Of a DNA stretch of 64,000 bases, positions 54,791 through 64,000 are shown piece by piece. The DNA is from the human T2T-CHM13v2.0 reference genome, Homo sapiens: assembly GCF_009914755.1 (NCBI RefSeq), contig NC_060939.1; one strand, given 5' to 3'. Below the pieces are notes generated by a model. That model made no database searches and was not told the origin of the DNA. It saw only the letters and a program-made list of their open reading frames with translations. Every line of letters starts with the position of its first letter. Position 1 is the first letter of the stretch. Made by a program: the position numbers and the translations under genes.

Positions 54791-57700
54791 ATTCCATTCT
54801 ATTCCTTTTTATTCCATTTCATTCCATTCCATTCCATTCCATTCCATTCCATTCGTGTCCATTCCACTCCAGTCCATTCCATTCGTATCCATTCCATTCC
54901 AGTCCATTCCATTTGTGTCCACTGCATTCCATTCCACTCCATTCCATATTATTCCATTACACTCCATTCCATTCTATTACTTTCATTTCCATTCAATTCC
55001 ATTCCATTTGATTCCACTCCACTCGGTTTCATTCCATTTGAGTCCACTCCATTCCATTCCATTCCATTCAGTTCCATTCCATTCTGTTCCATTCCATTCC
55101 GTTCCATTACATTCCATTCCATTCGGTACCATTCCATATTGTTCCATTCGATTCCATTCGAATCCATTCCATTCCAGTCCATTCCATTCGATTCCATTCC
55201 ATTCATTTCAATTCCATTCCATTCCATTCCATTACATTCCACTTGATTCCTCTCCATTCCCTTCCACTGCATTCCGTTCGATTCCATTCCATTGCATTAC
55301 ATTCCATTCCATTGGATTGCATTCCATTCGATTCCATTCCATTCGAATCAATTACATAGCAATCCATTACATTCGAGTCTATTCTCTTCCGTTCCATTCG
55401 ATTTCGTTCCAATCCATTCGATTCCATTCCATTCGATTCCATTCCATACTATTGCATTCCATTCGATTACATTATATTCGAATAAGTTCCATTCAAGACC
55501 ATTTCTTTTGAGTCCATTCTATTTGAGTCCATTCCCTTTGATTCCATAACATTTGAGTCCATTCAATTCCATTCCTTTCGTTTCCATTCCATTTGATGCC
55601 ATTCCATTCAATTCTGTTCTACTCGACTCCAATACATTCAATTCCATTCCATCCGATTCCATTACATTCTTTTCATTTCTTATCCATTTCAACCCATTCC
55701 ACTCCATTCCATTCCACTCGTTTCCTTTCCATTCGAGTCCATTCCTCTCCAGTCCATTCCGTTCAATCCATTCCATTCCAGTCCATTCCATTCGAGTCCG
55801 TTCCATTCCAGTCCATTCCATTCGAGTCAATTCCATTCCATTCGATGTCTTTCCATAACGATCCATTCCATTCTATTCCTTTCGATTCCATTCTATTCTA
55901 TTTCATTCCATTCGATTCCCTTCCATTGGACTCCTTTCCATTCGAGTGCATTCCATTCCGTTCCATTTCTTTCCGTTCTGTACGATTCCTACCGTTCAAT
56001 TTCATTTTGTTCCAGTCCATTCTTTCGCGTCCATTCCATTCCATTTCACTCCATTCGATTCCATTCCACTCGATTCCACTTCGTTCCATTTCATTGCATT
56101 CCATTCTATTCAACTCTATTGCCTTCCATTCCATTCCATTCGATTACATTCCATGCGATTCCATTCGAAATCGAATCAATTACATTGCAATCCATTACTA
56201 TTGAGTCCGTTTTATTCCAGTCCACTGCATTCTGGTCCATTCCATTTGATTCCATTCCATTCTATTCCATTCCATACAGTTGCATTCCATTGGATTCCAT
56301 GCTATATCTATAAATTCAATTCGAGACCATTGCTTTTGAGTCCATTCTATATGATTCCATTCCATTCAAGTCCATTACATTTGGTTAAATTCCATTCCAT
56401 TCGGTTCAATTCCATTCCATTCCATTCCCTTCCATTCCATTCCAGTTGATATCAATCCATTCGATTCCATTCCATTCGAGCACATTCCATTCGAGTCCAT
56501 TCCATTCGATGCCATTCCATTTGATTCTATTCCATTAGTCTCCATTCAATTCCATTAATCTCCATTCCATTCCATTCTACTCCAACTGATTCCATTCCAT
56601 TCTATTCCTTTTTATTCCATTTCATTCCATTCCATTCCATTCCATTCCATTCCATTCGTGTCCATTCCACTCCAGTCCATTCCATTCGTATCCATTCCAT
56701 TCCAGTCCATTCCATTTGTGTCCACTGCATTCCATTCCACTCCATTCCATATTATTCCATTACACTCCATTCCATTCTATTACTTTCATTTCCATTCAAT
56801 TCCATTCCATTTGATTCCATTCCACTCGGTTTCATTCCATTTGAGTCCACTCCATTCCATTCCATTCCATTCAGTTCCATTCCATTCTGTTCCATTCCAT
56901 TCCGTTCCATTACATTCCATTCCATTCGGTACCATTCCATATTGTTCCATTCGATTCCATTCGAATCCATTCCATTCCAGTCCATTCCATTCGATTCCAT
57001 TCCATTCATTTCAATTCCATTCCATTCCATTCCATTCCATTCCACTTGATTCCTCTCCATTCCCTTCCACTGCATTCCGTTCGATTCCATTCCATTGCAT
57101 TGCATTCCATTCCATTGGATTGCATTCCATTCGATTCCATTCCATTCGAATCAATTACATAGCAATCCATTACATTCGAGTCTATTCTCTTCCGTTCCAT
57201 TCGATTTCGTTCCAATCCATTCGATTCCATTCCATTCGATTCCATTCCATACTATTGCATTCCATTCGATTACATTATATTCGAATAAGTTCCATTCAAG
57301 ACCATTTCTTTTGAGTCCATTCTATTTGAGTCCATTCCCTTTGATTCCATAACATTTGAGTCCATTCAATTCCATTCCTTTCGTTTCCATTCCATTTGAT
57401 GCCATTCCATTCAATTCTGTTCTACTCGACTCCAATACATTCAATTCCATTCCATCCGATTCCATTACATTCTTTTCATTTCTTATCCATTTCAAGCCAT
57501 TCCACTCCATTCCATTCCACTCGTTTCCTTTCCATTCGAGTCCATTCCTCTCCAGTCCATTCCGTTCAATCCATTCCATTCCAGTCCATTCCATTCGAGT
57601 CCGTTCCATTCCAGTCCATTCCATTCGAGTCAATTCCATTCCATTCGGTGTCTTTCCATAACGATCCATTCCATTCTATTCCTTTCGATTCCATTCCATT

Positions 57701-60700
57701 CTATTTCATTCCATTCGATTCCCTTCCATTGGACTCCTTTCCATTCGAGTGCATTCCATTCCGTTCCATTTCTTTCCGTTCTGTACGATTCCTACCGTTC
57801 GATTTCATTTTGTTCCAGTCCATTCCTTTCGCGTCCATTCCATTCCGTTTCACTCCATTCGATTCCATTCCACTCGATTCCACTTCGTTCCATTTCATTG
57901 CATTCCATTCTATTCAACTCTATTGCCTTCCATTCCATTCCTTTCGATTACATTCCATGCGATTCCATTCGAAATCGAATCAATTACATTGCAATCCATT
58001 ACTATTGAGTCCATTTTATTCCAGTCCACTGCATTCTGGTCCATTCCATTTGATTCCATTCCATTCTATTCCATTCCATACAGTTGCATTCCATTGGATT
58101 CCATGCTATATCTATAAATTCAATTCGAGACCATTGCTTTTGAGTCCATTCTATATGATTCCATTCCATTCAAGTCCATTACATTTGGTTAAATTCCATT
58201 CCATTCCACTCCCCTCCATTCCATTCCATTTGATATCAATCCATTCGATTCCATTCCATTCGAGCACATTCCATTCGAGTCCATTCCATTCGATGCCATT
58301 CCATTTGATTCTATACCATTAGTCTCCATTCAATTCCATTAATCTCCATTCCATTCCATTCTACTCCAACTGATTCCATTCCATTCTATTCCTTTCCATT
58401 CCATTTCATTCCATTCCATTCCATTCGTGTCGATTCCACTCCAGTCCATTCCATTCGTTTCCATTCCATTCCAGTCCATTCCATTTGTGTCCACTGCATT
58501 CCATTCCACTCCATTCCATATTATTCCATTACACTCCATTCCATTCTATTACTTTCATTTCCCTTCAATTCCATTCCATTTGATTCCATTCCACTCGGTT
58601 TCATTCCATTTGAGTCCACTCCATTCCATTCCATTCCATTCCATTCAGTTCCATTCCATTCTGTTCCATTCCATTCCGTTCCATTACATTCCATTCCATT
58701 CGGTACCATTCCATATTGTTCCATTCGATTCCATTCGAATCCATTCCATTCCAGTCCATTCCATTCAATTCCATTCCATTCATTTCAATTCCATTCCATT
58801 CCATTCCTTTACATTCCACTTGATTCCTCTCCATTCCCTTCCACTGCATTCCGTTCGATTCCATTCCATTGCATTGCATTCCATTCCATTGGATTGCATT
58901 CCATTCGATTCCATTCCATTCGAATCAATTACATAGCAATCCATTACATTCGAGTCTATTCTATTCCGTTCCATTCGATTTCGTTCCAATCCATTCGATT
59001 CCATTCCATTCGATTCCATTCCATACTATTACATTCCATTCGATTACATTATATTCGAATAAGTTCCACTCAAGACCATTGCTTTTGAGTCCATTCTATT
59101 TGAGTCCATTCCCTTTGATTCCATAACATTTGAGTCCATTCAATTCCATTCCTTTCGTTTCCATTCCATTTGATGCCATTCCATTCAATTCTGTTCTACT
59201 CGACTCCAATACATTCAATTCCATTCCATCCGATTCCATTACATTCTTTTCATTTCTTATCCATTTCAAGCCATTCCACTCCATTCCATTCCACTCGTTT
59301 CCTTTCCATTCGAGTCCATTCCTCTCCAGTCCATTCCGTTCAATTCATTCCATTCCAGTCCATTCCATTCGAGTCCGTTCCATTCCAGTCCATTCCATTC
59401 GAGTCAATTCCATCCCATTCGATGTCTTTCCATAACGATCCATTCCATTCTATTCCTTTCGATTCCATTCCATTCTATTTCATTCCATTCGATTCCCTTC
59501 CATTGGACTCCTTTCCATTCGAGTGCATTCCATTCCGTTCCATTTCTTTCCGTTCTGTACGATTCCTACCGTTCGATTTCATTTTGTTCCAGTCCATTCC
59601 TTTCGCGTCCATTCCATTCCATTTCACTCCATTCGATTCCATTCCACTCGATTCCACTTCGTTCCATTTCATTGCATTCCATTCTATTCAACTCTATTGC
59701 CTTCCATTCCATTCCATTCGATTACATTCCATGCGATTCCATTCGAAATCGAATCAATTACATTGCAATCCATTACTATTGAGTCCATTTTATTCCAGTC
59801 CACTGCATTCTGGTCCATTCCATTTGATTCCATTCCATTCTATTCCATTCCATAAAGTTGCATTCCATTGGATTCCAATCTATATCTATAAATTCAATTC
59901 GAGACCATTGCTTTTGAGTCCATTCTATATGATTCCATTCCATTCAAGTCCATTACATTTGGTTAAATTCCATTCCATTCCATTCCCTTCCATTCCATTC
60001 CAGTTGATATCAATCCATTCGATTCCATTCCATTCGAGCACATTCCATTCGAGTCCATTCCATTCGATGCCATTCCATTTGATTCTATTCCATTAGTCTC
60101 CATTCAATTCCATTAATCTCCATTCCATTCCATTCTACTCCAACTGATTCCATTCCATTCTATTCCTTTTTATTCCATTTCATTCCATTCCATTCCATTC
60201 CATTCCATTCCATTCGTGTCCATTCCACTCCAGTCCATTCCATTCGTATCCATTCCATTCCAGTCCATTCCATTTCTGTCCACTGCATTCCATTCCACTC
60301 CATTCCATATTATTCCATTACACTCCATTCCATTCTATTACTTTCATTTCCATTCAATTCCATTCCATTTGATTCCATTCCACTCGGTTTCATTCCATTT
60401 GAGTCCACTCCATTCCATTCCATTCCATTCAGTTCCATTCCATTCTGTTCCATTCCATTCCGTTCCATTACATTCCATTCCATTCGGTACCATTCCATAT
60501 TGTTCCATTCGATTCCATTCGAATCCATTCCATTCCAGTCCATTCCATTCGATTCCATTCCATTCATTTCAATTCCATTCCATTCCATTACATTACATTC
60601 CACTTGATTCCTCTCCATTCCCTTCCACTGCATTCCGTTCGATTCCATTCCATTGCATTGCATTCCATTCCATTGGATTGCATTCCATTCGATTCCATTC

Positions 60701-63700
60701 CATTCGAATCAATTACATAGCAATCCATTATATTCGAGTCTATTCTCTTCCGTTCCATTCGATTTCGTTCCAATCCATTCGATTCCATTCCTTTCGATTC
60801 CATTCCATACTATTGCATTCCATTCGATTACATTATATTCGAATAAGTTCCATTCAAGACCATTTCTTTTGAGTCCATTCTATTTGAGTCCATTCCCTTT
60901 GATTCCATAACATTTGAGTCCATTCAATTCCATTCCTTTCGTTTCCATTCCATTTGATGCCATTCCATTCAATTCTGTTCTACTCGACTCCAATACATTC
61001 AATTCCATTCCATCCGATTCCATTACATTCTTTTCATTTCTTATCCATTTCAAGCCATTCCACTCCATTCCATTCCACTCGTTTCCTTTCCATTCGAGTC
61101 CATTCCTCTCCAGTCCATTCCGTTCAATCCATTCCATTCCAGTCCATTCCATTCGAGTCCGTTCCATTCCAGTCCATTCCATTCGAGTCAATTCCATTCC
61201 ATTCGATGTCTTTCCATAACGATCCATTCCATTCTATTCCTTTCGATTCCATTCCATTCTATTTCATTCCATTCGATTCCCTTCCATTGGACTCCTTTCC
61301 ATTCGAGTGCATTCCATTCCGTTCCATTTCTTTCCGTTCTGTACGATTCCTACCGTTCGATTTCATTTTGTTCCAGTCCATTCTTTCGCGTCCATTCCAT
61401 TCCATTTCACTCCATTCGATTCCATTCCACTCGATTCCACTTCGTTCCATTTCATTGCATTCCATTCTATTCAACTCTATTGCCTTCCATTCCATTCCAT
61501 TCGATTACATTCCATGCGATTCCATTCGAAATCGAATCAATTACATTGCAATCCATTACTATTGAGTCCGTTTTATTCCAGTCCACTGCATTCTGGTCCA
61601 TTCCATTTGATTCCATTCCATTCTATTCCATTCCATACAGTTGCATTCCATTGGATTCCATGCTATATCTATAAATTCAATTCGAGACCATTGCTTTTGA
61701 GTCCATTCTATATGATTCCATTCCATTCAAGTCCATTACATTTGGTTAAATTCCATTCCATTCGGTTCAATTCCATTCCATTCCATTCCCTTCCATTCCA
61801 TTCCAGTTGATATCAATCCATTCGATTCCATTCCATTCGAGCACATTCCATTCGAGTCCATTCCATTCGATGCCATTCCATTTGATTCTATTCCATTAGT
61901 CTCCATTCAATTCCATTAATCTCCATTCCATTCCATTCTACTCCAACTGATTCCATTCCATTCTATTCCTTTCCATTCCATTTCATTCCATTCCATTCCA
62001 TTCCATTCCATTCCATTCCATTCCATTCGTGTCCATTCCACTCCAGTCCATTCCATTCGTATCCATTCCATTCCAGTCCATTCCATTTGTGTCCACTGCA
62101 TTCCATTCCACTCCATTCCATATTATTCCATTACACTCCATTCCATTCTATTACTTTCATTTCCATTCAATTCCATTCCATTTGATTCCATTCCACTCGG
62201 TTTCATTCCATTTGAGTCCACTCCATTCCATTCCATTCCATTCAGTTCCATTCCATTCTGTTCCATTCCATTCCGTTCCATTACATTCCATTCCATTCGG
62301 TACCATTCCATATTGTTCCATTCGATTCCATTCGAATCCATTCCATTCCAGTCCATTCCATTCGATTCCATTCCATTCATTTCAATTCCATTCCATTCCA
62401 TTCCATTACATTCCACTTGATTCCTCTCCATTCCCTTCCACTGCATTCCGTTCGATTCCATTCCATTGCATTGCATTCCATTCCATTGGATTGCATTCCA
62501 TTCGATTCCATTCCATTCGAATCAATTACATAGCAATCCATTACATTCGAGTCTATTCTCTTCCGTTCCATTCGATTTCGTTCCAATCCATTCGATTCCA
62601 TTCCATTCGATTCCATTCCATACTATTGCATTCCATTCGATTACATTATATTCGAATAAGTTCCATTCAAGACCATTTCTTTTGAGTCCATTCTATTTGA
62701 GTCCATTCCCTTTGATTCCATAACATTTGAGTCCATTCAATTCCATTCCTTTCGTTTCCATTCCATTTGATGCCATTCCATTCAATTCTGTTCTACTCGA
62801 CTCCAATACATTCAATTCCATTCCATCCGATTCCATTACATTCTTTTCATTTCTTATCCATTTCAAGCCATTCCACTCCATTCCATTCCACTCGTTTCCT
62901 TTCCATTCGAGTCCATTCCTCTCCAGTCCATTCCGTTCAATCCATTCCATTCCAGTCCATTCCATTCGAGTCCGTTCCATTCCAGTCCATTCCATTCGAG
63001 TCAATTCCATCCCATTCGATGTCTTTCCATAACGATCCATTCCATTCTATTCCTTTCGATTCCATTCCATTCTATTTCATTCCATTCGATTCCCTTCCAT
63101 TGGACTCCTTTCCATTCGAGTGCATTCCATTCCGTTCCATTTCTTTCCGTTCTGTACGATTCCTACCGTTCGATTTCATTTTGTTCCAGTCCATTCCTTT
63201 CGCGTCCATTCCATTCCATTTCACTCCATTCGATTCCATTCCACTCGATTCCACTTCGTTCCATTTCATTGCATTCCATTCTATTCAAATCTATTGCCTT
63301 CCATTCCATTCCATTCGATTACATTCCATGCGATTCCATTCGAAATCGAATCAATTACATTGCAATCCATTACTATTGAGTCCATTTTATTCCAGTCCAC
63401 TGCATTCTGGTCCATTCCATTTGATATCATTCCATTCTATTCCATTCCATACAGTTGCATTCCATTGGATTCCAATCTATATCTATAAATTCAATTCGAG
63501 ACCATTGCTTTTGAGTCCATTCTATATGATTCCATTCCATTCAAGTCCATTACATTTGGTTCAATTCCATTCCATTCCATTCCCTTCCATTCCATTCCAG
63601 TTGATATCAATCCATTCGATTCCATTCCATTCGAGCACATTCCATTCGAGTCCATTCCATTCGATGCCATTCCATTTGATTCTATTCCATTAGTCTCCAT

Positions 63701-64000
63701 TCAATTCCATTAATCTCCATTCCATTCCATTCTACTCCAACTGATTCCATTCCATTCTATTCCTTTCCATTCCATTTCATTCCATTCCATTCCATTTCAT
63801 TCCATTCCATTCCATTCGTGTCCATTCCACTCCAGTCCATTCCATTCGTGTCCATTCCATTCCAGTCCATTCCATTTGTGTCCACTGCATTCCATTCCAC
63901 TCCATTCCATATTATTCCATTACACTCCATTCCATTCTATTACTTTCATTTCCATTCAATTCCATTCCATTTGATTCCATTCCACTCGGTTTCATTCCAT

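Larger units (their letters stand above)
1..64000 (+). repeat. Human Satellite III (HSat3) tandem array, diverged (CATTC)n/(GGAAT)n, single orientation
   Basis: Continuous CATTC pentamers with typical variants (CATTT, GATTC, GAGTC, CAGTC, CACTC) from the first base to the last. There is no unique sequence. It lacks the dense CATCATCGAATG/CGATGATG-type motif of HSat2. Confidence 0.98.

Noticed and set aside
19-63700. Hundreds of ORFs of 62-308 aa (HSIPF-rich on +, MEWNG-rich on -), including the near-invariant 115-aa and 101-aa ORFs
   Set aside because: (CATTC)n has no stop codon in any frame and translates to HSIPF/MEWNG. ORFs overlap in several frames on both strands, many start at GTG or TTG, and none shows a domain. 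Their identity reflects satellite homogenisation.
1-64000. CRISPR-like or minisatellite array
   Set aside because: There is no constant repeat with unique spacers and no cas genes. All sequence derives from the pentamer.
1-64000. HSat2 1.8-kb repeat or Y-chromosome DYZ1
   Set aside because: It lacks the HSat2 CGATGAT-rich motif and has long pure CATTC runs. The period is ~1.8 kb with EcoRI in only five units, unlike the ~3.6-kb DYZ1 unit.
1-64000. Inversions, transposon insertions, telomeric repeats or G-quadruplex tracts
   Set aside because: The + strand stays CATTC throughout, with no poly-A, Alu/L1 sequence or TTAGGG. The - strand has mostly GG doublets and only scattered GGG.

Overview
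The whole 64 kb is one uninterrupted, single-orientation array of human-type Satellite III (HSat3), with diverged (CATTC)n on the + strand and (GGAAT)n on the - strand. It is organised into about 35 tandem ~1.8 kb units (1754-1818 bp, plus three units expanded by ~260 bp, two of them measured at 2047 bp). Most units carry one KpnI site, which fits the chr15p D15Z1/HSat3A5-type 1.8-kb KpnI satellite; that assignment is inferred and was not checked by alignment. I see no genes, RNA genes, transposons, CRISPR arrays or inversions, and every ORF in the track is a translation artefact of the pentamer. I cannot support a new protein-coding system here. The interesting signal is nested structure: pentamer, then two ancient ~0.83/0.97 kb half-units, then the 1.8 kb unit, then a 10,765-bp six-unit super-repeat. 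That super-repeat has been reshuffled into 8-, 6-, 5- and 3-unit periods, with readable recombination junctions, slippage sites, CpG-decay marks and one more diverged island near 57.6-60.3 kb. All coordinates and spacings were read by eye or taken from the ORF track.
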